DNA from: Candidatus Nomurabacteria bacterium
Lineage (GTDB): Bacteria > Patescibacteriota > Minisyncoccia > Phycocordibacterales > UBA9973
DNA length: 64,000 nt
Assembly (NCBI GenBank): GCA_943348755.1
Contig: CALQYS010000003.1
Location: 2,482 to 66,481 of the forward strand
Direction: 5' to 3'
Both the position numbers and the translations under genes were made by a program. This document shows, one piece after another, positions 21,109 through 30,401 of the stretch. Within the stretch, counting starts at the first letter, position 1; every line of letters starts with the position of its first letter. Below the pieces are notes generated by a model, which searched no databases, was not told the origin of the DNA, and worked only from the letters and a program-made list of their open reading frames with translations.

Positions 21109-21768
21109 ATGATAAAATACTATAATATGAGCACAAAGCTAATATATTTCGTACGACACGGAGAAACTGAAAATAATGCTAAAAACATAAGGCAGGGGCC
21201 AGAGGGGCATTTGACTGAAAAGGGTCGCGAACAAGCGCTTGCCACAGCCAAGAGATTCCCAAAACACAAAGGACGGCCGCAAGTCATCATCTCCAGTCCG
21301 TACGAGCGGACTAGGGAGACAGCAGAAATCATTGCTAGAGAACTAAATATGAAAATCAAATATTCTGACCTTTTAGTGGAAAGAAGAAACCCGACAGAAA
21401 TAATTGGTCACGAGGGTGGAGAAAAAGGGGTCCGAGAAATCATAGATCGTATGGATAAAAGCTATCATGCTGATGACTTAAGGATCTCAGACGAAGAAAA
21501 TTTCACCGATCTTAAAAAAAGGGCAAAGAAATTATTGTCTTACATCAAAAGAAGAAGGGCAAAAAGAATTATTATGGTAACTCATGGTATTTTCTTGAAA
21601 ATGGTTATGTCTTATATGCTTTACGGAGAAAAGTTGACCGCTTCACAATACAACAATCTCTCTTACTTCAACCCTATCAACAACGCCAGCATGGCGATCT
21701 GCTCATACACTCATCATTGGTTTATAAAAGATGAATGGAAACTTTTGGTTTGGAATGATCTTGGTTAA
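21109..21768 (+). CDS. Histidine phosphatase family protein (phosphoglycerate mutase-like)
   Basis: 219 aa. N-terminal RHGETENN catalytic motif (RHG). Confidence 0.65.
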   Translation: MIKYYNMSTKLIYFVRHGETENNAKNIRQGPEGHLTEKGREQALATAKRFPKHKGRPQVIISSPYERTRETAEIIARELNMKIKYSDLLVERRNPTEIIGHEGGEKGVREIIDRMDKSYHADDLRISDEENFTDLKKRAKKLLSYIKRRRAKRIIMVTHGIFLKMVMSYMLYGEKLTASQYNNLSYFNPINNASMAICSYTHHWFIKDEWKLLVWNDLG

Positions 21769-21798
21769 ACCGTAAAATTATTTTCAAAAATATATTAT

Positions 21799-22776
21799 CT
21801 ATTTAATTTCACATTTCTTTTTCAGTTCCGCCAAGTCATTCTTCGTTAAAAGACTATTACTACTTTGGTTCTTCTCGTACATTATGGCCTTTGGGCTTTT
21901 GACATGGTCAAGGCCAAGGGCATGTCCAAACTCATGCGCTAAGACCCTTACTAGTTTTGCTCGATTACTAAATTCATAAATATCTATTTCTTTGGTTAAT
22001 CCATTTGTCATATATACACCCTCTTCAAATGACTCCCCGCGTGCTCCGCTCGTTGTATTGTATTTATCTACAGAGAGGTTGAGTGAATCAACAAGACGGT
22101 TCAGTGCCACTACCAGCGCATTTATTTCTTCAGCCATGGCATTGATTTTTATTTGCATCGCCTTTAATTCTTCCGCTTCGGCATTTAATTCTACACGCCT
22201 CACTTCCAGTTTGTCATACTCATCTTTTGGAGCTCCACCCTTACTGTTCCATGATTCAACTTCCACTTCATAAGCTTGATTCTTTTTATTAAATATTTCT
22301 ACTCTTGAATCAAAATTGCTTTTGGCTTCATCATAATTCTTTTTCAAAGCGAGAAATTTGGCTCTAAGACTGTCATATGAAGTTCTATTGTTCTCAACTA
22401 CAATACCGAGACTTGCCAGCTTGGCTGTCGCTTCTTGCCGGTAATCATAAACCAGATTAATTTTAAGAACTCCCAGAGAAGAATCTTCCGGCGCATAAGT
22501 AAAGAGGTTTTTACCGACATAGTCCCCTCTAGACTTTTCCCAGATGGCTTCAGCGTCAGCAAGCGCGTTTAAAAAATACTTTTTGGAAATATTAAATCGA
22601 TTGTCAAAAGTGCCTAAGACATACGAAATGGGTCGTGAACACGGAGCATGTACCAACAGTGGCGCAATATAATTTTCCTGTACCTGTGAAAATTTATCAG
22701 AAATCTGTGGCCAATACTGATAGGACACTACGCCAACAATAGTAAGTATCAGGAAAATTTTTAGAAATCTAGTCAT
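21799..22776 (-). CDS. Secreted matrixin-family zinc metalloprotease with a coiled-coil region
   Basis: 325 aa. HEFGHALGLDH zinc-binding motif, an N-terminal TM/signal segment and a central coiled coil. Confidence 0.55.
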   Translation of the reverse strand: MTRFLKIFLILTIVGVVSYQYWPQISDKFSQVQENYIAPLLVHAPCSRPISYVLGTFDNRFNISKKYFLNALADAEAIWEKSRGDYVGKNLFTYAPEDSSLGVLKINLVYDYRQEATAKLASLGIVVENNRTSYDSLRAKFLALKKNYDEAKSNFDSRVEIFNKKNQAYEVEVESWNSKGGAPKDEYDKLEVRRVELNAEAEELKAMQIKINAMAEEINALVVALNRLVDSLNLSVDKYNTTSGARGESFEEGVYMTNGLTKEIDIYEFSNRAKLVRVLAHEFGHALGLDHVKSPKAIMYEKNQSSNSLLTKNDLAELKKKCEIK

Positions 22777-22864
22777 GACTATTCCATAAATGATAACAGT
22801 ATTAGGGGAAAGAATCCATCTGATCGTATTTGCATTCTGGCTCTAAATATGCAATAATCATTGA

Positions 22865-23107
22865 ATGAATTTAGTAGTGAAAATACTGCCCTATGCGCAG
22901 GTGATCCTTTCCGTTCTGTTGGTGTCAGCGATTTTACTTCAACAGTCTAGTGCCGGAGTAGGCGGAGCTTTGGGTGGAGGCAATACAGAGGGCTTTCAAC
23001 ACACTCGCCGAGGATTTGAGAAGTTTCTTTTTTACTTTTCCATTGTTTGTGGAATTCTTTTTGCTTTATTTGCTTTACTCAGTATAATAATAAAAGCTCA
23101 GAGCTAG
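22865..23107 (+). CDS. secG: Preprotein translocase subunit SecG
   Basis: 80 aa with two TM helices and a Gly-rich loop (GVGGALGGGNTEG). Confidence 0.55.
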   Translation: MNLVVKILPYAQVILSVLLVSAILLQQSSAGVGGALGGGNTEGFQHTRRGFEKFLFYFSIVCGILFALFALLSIIIKAQS

Positions 23108-23140
23108 TTTTCGTTATCTTTTCTGATTAGACAACTTCGT

Positions 23141-24868
23141 ATGCGTAATTTTAAGTTACCTTCAAAAAAAGAAATAAATTTTATATTTGCGTCTTTCTCT
23201 AAAAAAGAGTGGCAGGTTTTTATTTTCCTGGCGCTAGTTTTATTGCTAAGCACAATACTAATGCTTCAAAGTATCAATAAACATTTCATGGTGACGATTC
23301 CGCTATATGGTGGCTCTATATCTCCGGGTATAGTCGGAGCTCCACGTTTTATAAACCCAGTACTTGCAAATTCAGAGGCCGATCAAGACTTGGTTTCACT
23401 GATATATTCAGGTCTTATGAGAAAAAGCAGTGACGGTGGTCTAATCCCAGATTTAGCGGAAAAGTATGAAGTATCAAAAAATGGCCTAATTTATACTTTT
23501 ACTTTGAAAAATAATATATATTTTCAAGATGGGAAACCCGTTACCCCGGAAGACATATTATTCACTATAAATAAAGTCAAAGACTCGACAATCGAAAGTC
23601 CACATAAGGTAGATTGGGGTGGCATAACTTTTGAAAAAATAGATGAAAAAACCGTTCAATTTACTTTAAAACAACCCTATGCATCGTTCCTAGAAAATAC
23701 AACTCTTGGAATTATGCCCGCGCATTTATGGGACAAGGGTCCATTAGAACTCAATAACGCAAATACAAACCCTATTGGGTCAGGACCTTACATGATAAAT
23801 TTAGTAAGTAAGAAATCTTCAGGAATTATAGATTATTATAAACTAGTAGCATTTAAAAAATTTATACTGGGTGAACCATATATTAAAAATATAGACTTAC
23901 ATTTTTATCAAAATGAAGATGACTTGATCGCAGCGCTACTTGATAAAACAGTGGACCAGATAAGCTCAATCACCCCCCTTAACGCAGAGAATTTAAAAGA
24001 AAGAAATTATCAGGTAGAGTCTGCGGTACTCCCAAGGGTCTTTGGACTTTTCTTTAACCAAAATCAAAATCAACTTTTTACCGACAAAGTAGTGGTCAAT
24101 GCCATTAACCAGGCAATAGATAAAGAAAAAATAGTAAAGGACGTACTTTTAGGATATGGAGTCGCGATTGATAGCCCGATACCGCCAAATATGACAGAAT
24201 ATCAAAGATTAAACATCGACAAAGCTGCACCACAAGCAAAATCACAAAAAATACAAAACGATTTAGCAAAAGACGGTTGGAAAGCTGGTGTGGATGGAAC
24301 CTTAGAAAAAACAGTAACTGACAAAAAAAAGAAGGTTACAAAAAAATTAGAATTTTCTATATCAACTGGAAATGTGCCAGAGCTTACGAAAACTGCCGAG
24401 TTGATAAAACAAGATTTAGCAGTTTATGGTATAAAAGTGGATATAAAAATCTTTGAAAATGGTAACCTAAAACAGAGTGTGATCCGTCCACGCAAATATG
24501 ACACCCTATTGTTTGGGGAAATCATAAATCACGAATCGGATCTTTTCGCTTTCTGGCACTCGACACAACGAAAAGATCCAGGGCTAAATGTCGCCATTTA
24601 TACTAATGCAAAAGTAGATAAGATTTTAGAAGATGCCTCTGTAACTATTGATGACCAATCAAGAATAAAACTATATACTCAATTTGAGAATGAAATTAAA
24701 AAGGACATGCCAGCAATTTTCCTTTTTAGTCCTAATTTTATATATGTAACATCAAAAAACCTTAAAGAAGCGAAAATGAATAATATCATTTCACCTTCAG
24801 ACCGTTATCTGAGTGCATATTTGTGGTATGGCCAAACAGAAAATATTTGGAGAATATTTGTAAAATAA
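23141..24868 (+). CDS. ABC transporter substrate-binding protein, family 5 (peptide/nickel type)
   Basis: 575 aa with an N-terminal TM anchor. The length and motif spacing fit the SBP_bac_5 family. Confidence 0.5.
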   Translation: MRNFKLPSKKEINFIFASFSKKEWQVFIFLALVLLLSTILMLQSINKHFMVTIPLYGGSISPGIVGAPRFINPVLANSEADQDLVSLIYSGLMRKSSDGGLIPDLAEKYEVSKNGLIYTFTLKNNIYFQDGKPVTPEDILFTINKVKDSTIESPHKVDWGGITFEKIDEKTVQFTLKQPYASFLENTTLGIMPAHLWDKGPLELNNANTNPIGSGPYMINLVSKKSSGIIDYYKLVAFKKFILGEPYIKNIDLHFYQNEDDLIAALLDKTVDQISSITPLNAENLKERNYQVESAVLPRVFGLFFNQNQNQLFTDKVVVNAINQAIDKEKIVKDVLLGYGVAIDSPIPPNMTEYQRLNIDKAAPQAKSQKIQNDLAKDGWKAGVDGTLEKTVTDKKKKVTKKLEFSISTGNVPELTKTAELIKQDLAVYGIKVDIKIFENGNLKQSVIRPRKYDTLLFGEIINHESDLFAFWHSTQRKDPGLNVAIYTNAKVDKILEDASVTIDDQSRIKLYTQFENEIKKDMPAIFLFSPNFIYVTSKNLKEAKMNNIISPSDRYLSAYLWYGQTENIWRIFVK

Positions 24869-24896
24869 TTATTACTAATAAAAGAATCAATAAATA

Positions 24897-26843
24897 ATGA
24901 TAAAAAAGCAAAGATTACCTTTCAGCGCACTGAGCGTCGATAGTAAGAAAATAGAAGAAAAAACGGGACATGGACATGTAGTGACACAAAAAGCACAAGA
25001 GAAGCCAGAGCGAAAGAGTCAAATGAAAAGCTCTACCTATCAATATAGAAAAAAAAGATTTGGAAGGCAGGGGGGCAACCATTCATTTGCAAACAAAGAC
25101 CAATCAAAAAGCTCCAACAGTGCCAAAATTCTTCCGCCAGCAGATGGCGTGATACGAGTCATACCACTTGGTGGTGTTGAAGAAATCGGCAAGAACATGA
25201 CAGCTATCGAAATAGGAGAAGATATCATTGTGATTGACGCTGGAATGCACTTTGCTAATGAAGCTACTCCTGGAGTAGATTATGTTATCCCAAATACAAC
25301 CTACCTTGAAGAACGCAAGGAGAAAATACGTGCGCTCATCATAACGCATGGGCATTTAGACCATATCGGTGGTGTACCGCTTGTGCTTTCACGTATTGGA
25401 AACCCTCCGGTGTATTCTAGAAATCTTTCTATTTTGATGATGCGAAAGCGCCAAGCAGAATTTCCGCATCTACCAGCAATGAAGGAAAACATTGTTGAGA
25501 AAGACGCGGTAATAACTTGCGGAAAAATAAAGATAAGATTCTTTGGGGTAACCCATACGATCCCAGACTCAATGGGAATAATTATAGAAACAGCAAATGG
25601 ATGGATAGTAACCCCTGGAGACTATAAGCTTGACCAAATAGATGGAGTTGTCTCTAAAGAGGAAGAAAAAGAATATTCTATCTTCGACAAAGCGAAGGTG
25701 CTTTTGCTCATGACTGATTCGACTAATATAGAAAACGAGGGGTTTTCCCTGCCTGAAATAAAAGTGCATCAAGGACTTGAAAACTTAGTAAAAAAAGTAA
25801 GCGGTCGGATTATTATCGCCGCCTTTGCTTCACACATTACCCGGCTTGCGTATGTAGTAAAATTTGCAGAATCCATAGGTAAAAAGATAGCCATTGATGG
25901 ACGTTCAATGAAGACAAATATCGACGTGGCAATCGAAGCCGGACTCTTTGAACCCAAAAAGGACACTATCATTCCAATAGAAGAAGCGGATAATTTTCCA
26001 CCGAATAAAGTCGTGGTCTTGATGACTGGAGCCCAGGGCGAAGAATTTGCCTCGCTTAACCGTGTAGCAAATAAAACTCATACAAAATTCAAGCTTCAGA
26101 AAGGAGATACGATCATCCTTTCGGCTTCCATCGTCCCGGGGAATGAAAGAGCGGTAGAAAAAATGAAAGATGGACTTACTAGACAAGGAGCCCGCATTAT
26201 AAGTTACCGAACGAGCGGTGAAGATTTCGTTCATGCGACCGGACATGGTAACCAAGAAGACGTAAAATGGTTGCACCGTAAAACCCATCCGAAATTCTTT
26301 ATTCCAATCCATGGTAATCATTATCGGCTTGTACTTCATAAAGAACTCGCCATGGAACTCGGAATGAGTGAAGAAAACGTTATCGTACCCGATAATGGTT
26401 CAATCATTGAAATATCAGCAGATGGAGAAAAAATGCTATTGCGTAAAGAGCGTGCGCCGAGTGGCATTATGATGGTAGATGGTGTTTCTATTAGCGACAC
26501 GCAAGATGTAGTTATTCGTGATCGTGTCATGCTAGCACAAGATGGTATGTTTGTTATCATTGCTCTGCTTGACCAAAAAACTGGAAAATTAAAAAAATCC
26601 CCAGATCTTATCTCCCGCGGGTTCGTATACTTAAAAGAAAACCAAGAGCTCCTGCGCCAAGTTAGAATCATCATAAAAAAATCAGTGGAAGAGGCAGTGG
26701 TTAAAAAACCTATTAGTCACTCCGCTTCGAACCCGGTAGATTTTGATTACGTTAAAGCCGGTCTGGGAGAAACGGTTTCCAAATTCTTATATCAGAAAAC
26801 CGAAAAAAGACCATTAGTGATACCCGTAATATTAAGCGTGTAA
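24897..26843 (+). CDS. rnj: Ribonuclease J (MBL/beta-CASP)
   Basis: 648 aa. HGHLDHIGG motif and beta-CASP motifs. It also has a Lys/Ser-rich low-complexity N-terminal extension of about 90 aa. Confidence 0.8.
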   Translation: MIKKQRLPFSALSVDSKKIEEKTGHGHVVTQKAQEKPERKSQMKSSTYQYRKKRFGRQGGNHSFANKDQSKSSNSAKILPPADGVIRVIPLGGVEEIGKNMTAIEIGEDIIVIDAGMHFANEATPGVDYVIPNTTYLEERKEKIRALIITHGHLDHIGGVPLVLSRIGNPPVYSRNLSILMMRKRQAEFPHLPAMKENIVEKDAVITCGKIKIRFFGVTHTIPDSMGIIIETANGWIVTPGDYKLDQIDGVVSKEEEKEYSIFDKAKVLLLMTDSTNIENEGFSLPEIKVHQGLENLVKKVSGRIIIAAFASHITRLAYVVKFAESIGKKIAIDGRSMKTNIDVAIEAGLFEPKKDTIIPIEEADNFPPNKVVVLMTGAQGEEFASLNRVANKTHTKFKLQKGDTIILSASIVPGNERAVEKMKDGLTRQGARIISYRTSGEDFVHATGHGNQEDVKWLHRKTHPKFFIPIHGNHYRLVLHKELAMELGMSEENVIVPDNGSIIEISADGEKMLLRKERAPSGIMMVDGVSISDTQDVVIRDRVMLAQDGMFVIIALLDQKTGKLKKSPDLISRGFVYLKENQELLRQVRIIIKKSVEEAVVKKPISHSASNPVDFDYVKAGLGETVSKFLYQKTEKRPLVIPVILSV

Positions 26844-26844
26844 A

Positions 26845-27996
26845 ATGAAATATCAAAGAAGAATGATATATTTGGTGGGCACTATTTTTTCTCTACCTAT
26901 TGCCCTTATGTCTTATATAAACTCTAGTTTTATTTCTTCTTTTATCGATGAGAAATTAGTTGGGGTTATATACGCACTCGGTTCTGCCGTTTCAATACTT
27001 GCGCTTTTAGTAGCTCCAAAAATATTTCGGAAAATAGGTGGATATAGATTTTTATTGTGGGTAATCGCACTTGAGGCACTTTCTATTTTATTATTCGCAT
27101 TTTCAAGTAACGCATGGAGCACTATTTTTCTGTTTGTCTGTGGATTTTCTCTCAACACTTTGATCTTTTTCTCACTGGATGAGCTCTTGAAAATATTCTC
27201 AAGAGAATCTTCTACTGGAAAGACTAGGGGTATTTATATCACTCTCTGCAGTTTTGCTTGGGTCATCGCTCAATTAACCCTTGGAACAATCTTAGGAGGA
27301 TCTTCTTTTAAGACAATTTATCTGATCAGCTTTTTGATCATGCTTTTATTTTTTGCAATATCATATATATACCTCAAAAATATACCAGACCCAGAATATG
27401 ATAGGACAGATACAAAAAAATATATCGGGAAATTTTTGAAAAACAAAAATTTGTTCCGTGCTTATGTCATAAGCTTTTTACTTCAGCTCTTCTACTCTTG
27501 GATGGTTATTTATACACCGATATATCTCTCTACTTACCTTAAGTTCTCATGGAGAGAAATTGGCCTTATATTTGCAGTAATGCTCTTGCCTTTTGTTATT
27601 GTCCCATTTCGTCTAGGTCAATACGCGGATAAAATTGGAGAAAGAAAAATGTTAATGTTTGGGTTTACAATAACTTCCATTGCTACTTTTGCCCTTTTCT
27701 TTATAAACGCACACTATGCATGGATATGGGCTATGCTATTGTTCGCCACTCGAGTAGGTGCCGCAAGTATAGAAGTGATGAGTGATGCTTACTTTTTTAA
27801 ACATATTAAACCAGAAAATGAGGAATTTATCGGAGTCTACCGTAGCGCCTCCCCTGTCGCCTACATACTTGGCCCTCTGTTAGCTTTTATAGTTTTTAAC
27901 TTCGTTCCATCTTTTAATTACATCTTCCTTATTTTAGGAATGATAATTCTTTGTGGAGTTTATATTTCTTCTACGATCAAGAAGAGTGACATCTAA
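26845..27996 (+). CDS. MFS transporter
   Basis: 383 aa with 12 predicted TM helices. Confidence 0.5.
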   Translation: MKYQRRMIYLVGTIFSLPIALMSYINSSFISSFIDEKLVGVIYALGSAVSILALLVAPKIFRKIGGYRFLLWVIALEALSILLFAFSSNAWSTIFLFVCGFSLNTLIFFSLDELLKIFSRESSTGKTRGIYITLCSFAWVIAQLTLGTILGGSSFKTIYLISFLIMLLFFAISYIYLKNIPDPEYDRTDTKKYIGKFLKNKNLFRAYVISFLLQLFYSWMVIYTPIYLSTYLKFSWREIGLIFAVMLLPFVIVPFRLGQYADKIGERKMLMFGFTITSIATFALFFINAHYAWIWAMLLFATRVGAASIEVMSDAYFFKHIKPENEEFIGVYRSASPVAYILGPLLAFIVFNFVPSFNYIFLILGMIILCGVYISSTIKKSDI

Positions 27997-28390
27997 TTTT
28001 ATGGGTGATTTAAATAAAAAATTAATACATATTTCTGTTCCATTTCTTATTATTCATAGCATTGAAGAGTTTTATTTTGGTTTACCTAATATAGATGCAT
28101 TTACTTCTTTTATTTCTCACCATATTGGTTTAACTAATAATATTACATATTTCTTAGGACAATTAATATTGTTTGTATTTTTTGCTATTATTTTATTTCT
28201 AATCATGTTGCGTAAAAATATAGACTACGGCGGTTTCGTCGTTGGTATAATTCTCCTTTTTGAAGTTAGTCATATCTATCTAGCTATTATCTCGGGATCT
28301 TACTACCCAGGACTTGTTACAAGTCTTATCTTGTTTGGATTAGGTATCTGGTATTGGTATAAAGTGTTACAGATTAAATTTCATAAATAA
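27953..28390 (+). CDS. Hypothetical membrane protein
   Basis: 145 aa with 4 TM helices. It overlaps the MFS gene end, so the true start may be internal. Confidence 0.3.
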   Translation: MEFIFLLRSRRVTSNFMGDLNKKLIHISVPFLIIHSIEEFYFGLPNIDAFTSFISHHIGLTNNITYFLGQLILFVFFAIILFLIMLRKNIDYGGFVVGIILLFEVSHIYLAIISGSYYPGLVTSLILFGLGIWYWYKVLQIKFHK

Positions 28391-28476
28391 ATTTTAAAGG
28401 AACAATTCTTGTGAGAAAAATCACCACTCCGCCCCAAAGGGCTCCCCTTCTAAATTAGGAGGGGTAAGGGGTAGTA

Positions 28477-29793
28477 CTAATTTTCTTTCGCAACTTCGAG
28501 AGTTACTTTTACATTTTTCTCGGCGCCTTTATGGAGAATTTTTAAATTTATTATTTGACCAATGTTTTTCTCACGAACAATAGATGCAAGATTGGTCTTG
28601 TCATCCAACTTGACCCCATCAACTTCTAAAATTATGTCATTCTCGACGATCCCCGCCTTGTCCGCAGGAGATCCTGGGATAACGGCAAGTTCGCTGGTAT
28701 TTGCCCCAGCTTTTACTAACACTCCATAATCAACCGTTAAATTATTTTTTTCTTTCATCTCAGCGTTAATGGATACATAACGAATCCCTAAGTAAGGACG
28801 TACAATTTTACCGGTAGATTTTACTGACTCAATTGCACTTTTCACACTATTGATCGGCAATGCAAAACCAATATTCTGAGATCCTTGAGCGATGGCAACA
28901 TCTACACCAATTACCCTGCCGGAAAGATCGAGCAGGGGCCCACCAGAATTGCCTGGATTAATTGCCGCATCTGTTTGAATCACGTGATCCAGAACTTCGG
29001 TACTTCCTGAGCTGTCGCCTGCAGTTATCGAACGTGCAAGCCCCGAAACTACCCCGACAGAAACAGTATTTCTGTATTCACCGAGTGCATTACCGATAGC
29101 AATAACGCTTTGTCCCACCTCGAGTTTGTCAGAATCACCCAATGAAAGGTAGGGGAAATCATTTCCTTCGATTTTTATGAGAGCAATATCTAAAATAGGG
29201 TCACGGGCAATTACTTTTGCTAAATGCTTTTTACCATCATTGGTGAAAACGGTATATTCGACATCTTTTTGATCGACAACGTGCTTGTTAGTAACAATTA
29301 AACCGTCACTGGAGACAAAAAACCCTGATCCCCCACCAATATTTTTTTTCTCTGTTCCATTTTGACGATACTGTGGAATATTAAAGTTAAAACCTGGGAA
29401 TAAATCTCCGAAAGGATTTTGTTGTTGGTTCGGATCAATGTAAGTTTCATATTTGGGAACTTCTTTCGAGATGATGATCGAGACGACAGCTGGATTTGTT
29501 TTTTTCACCGCGTCTATTACAAAATGCTCTTGCGAAAAAATAGTTTGTTTTTCTAAAATTCTTTCCGTGGTAACTTTATTACCATCTTTATCATTTGAAG
29601 ATTGTTCTTGTGCCTCTTTCAAATATTCTTGAGCAAAATATCCGAAAATCTGTGCTCTCTTGTTCCAAGCTAATCCAAAAATAATTATGAGTATGAATAA
29701 AAAAGATAACAGGCTGGTAAAAAACCCCGCAGTAAAATCTTTATTGGTAAAATATTTTTTAATGAATTTCATGATATTTATTTCTTTATGCAT
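28477..29793 (-). CDS. htrA: HtrA/DegP-family serine protease with a C-terminal PDZ domain
   Basis: 438 aa. Trypsin-like catalytic triad context (GNSGGPL), an N-terminal TM anchor and a C-terminal PDZ domain. Confidence 0.8.
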   Translation of the reverse strand: MHKEINIMKFIKKYFTNKDFTAGFFTSLLSFLFILIIIFGLAWNKRAQIFGYFAQEYLKEAQEQSSNDKDGNKVTTERILEKQTIFSQEHFVIDAVKKTNPAVVSIIISKEVPKYETYIDPNQQQNPFGDLFPGFNFNIPQYRQNGTEKKNIGGGSGFFVSSDGLIVTNKHVVDQKDVEYTVFTNDGKKHLAKVIARDPILDIALIKIEGNDFPYLSLGDSDKLEVGQSVIAIGNALGEYRNTVSVGVVSGLARSITAGDSSGSTEVLDHVIQTDAAINPGNSGGPLLDLSGRVIGVDVAIAQGSQNIGFALPINSVKSAIESVKSTGKIVRPYLGIRYVSINAEMKEKNNLTVDYGVLVKAGANTSELAVIPGSPADKAGIVENDIILEVDGVKLDDKTNLASIVREKNIGQIINLKILHKGAEKNVKVTLEVAKEN

Positions 29794-29837
29794 TTTGTGT
29801 TTGGTTGATCAAAAAACTAGTAATAAATAAATTATAT

Positions 29838-30308
29838 TTAACTTTTCCTTTTTAGCAAGTTGTTTTTATATATTTTTTCTTTATACGGCTTAAGACGTAC
29901 GATTTTAATCGAAACGCCCTTATTTTTTAAGTCTTTTCTTAAATTTTTTACATATGCTTTTTGGTCGTATCCAAGGGCAATTATGTCTGGACACTCTCTT
30001 ATTATATGTGGAATATGATTTTTAACTCCAGACAATATTACTCTATCAGCAATTTTATATTTTTTAATTAAATTTATTCTTTTTAGCTCTTTTAGAAACG
30101 GTAATTGTCCTTTTATCTTTAAAACATTCTTATCTCGTGCCACCGAAACAATTAAAAAGGAATTTTTAGAAAGTTTTTTAGCCTGCTTAAAGAAATTTAG
30201 ATGACCTTTATGTATTCCATCGAAAGTCCCGAAGACCATTATCTTTGTCTGTTCATTTTTCTCTAACATATAGGTAGTATAGCAAAATTCTAAAGGATTT
30301 TTTAGCAC
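29838..30308 (-). CDS. Cytidylyltransferase-like nucleotidyltransferase (RibL/FMN adenylyltransferase-like)
   Basis: 156 aa. (H/T)xGH motif in FGTFDGIHKGH. Confidence 0.45.
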   Translation of the reverse strand: MLKNPLEFCYTTYMLEKNEQTKIMVFGTFDGIHKGHLNFFKQAKKLSKNSFLIVSVARDKNVLKIKGQLPFLKELKRINLIKKYKIADRVILSGVKNHIPHIIRECPDIIALGYDQKAYVKNLRKDLKNKGVSIKIVRLKPYKEKIYKNNLLKRKS

Positions 30309-30401
30309 CCATATTGACGATATCTAAATCATTTTCTGTTATATTAATCTTTAAGATATTAACTTGCTAAGTATCCTGCATAAAGATTATAATTATCTAC
30401 T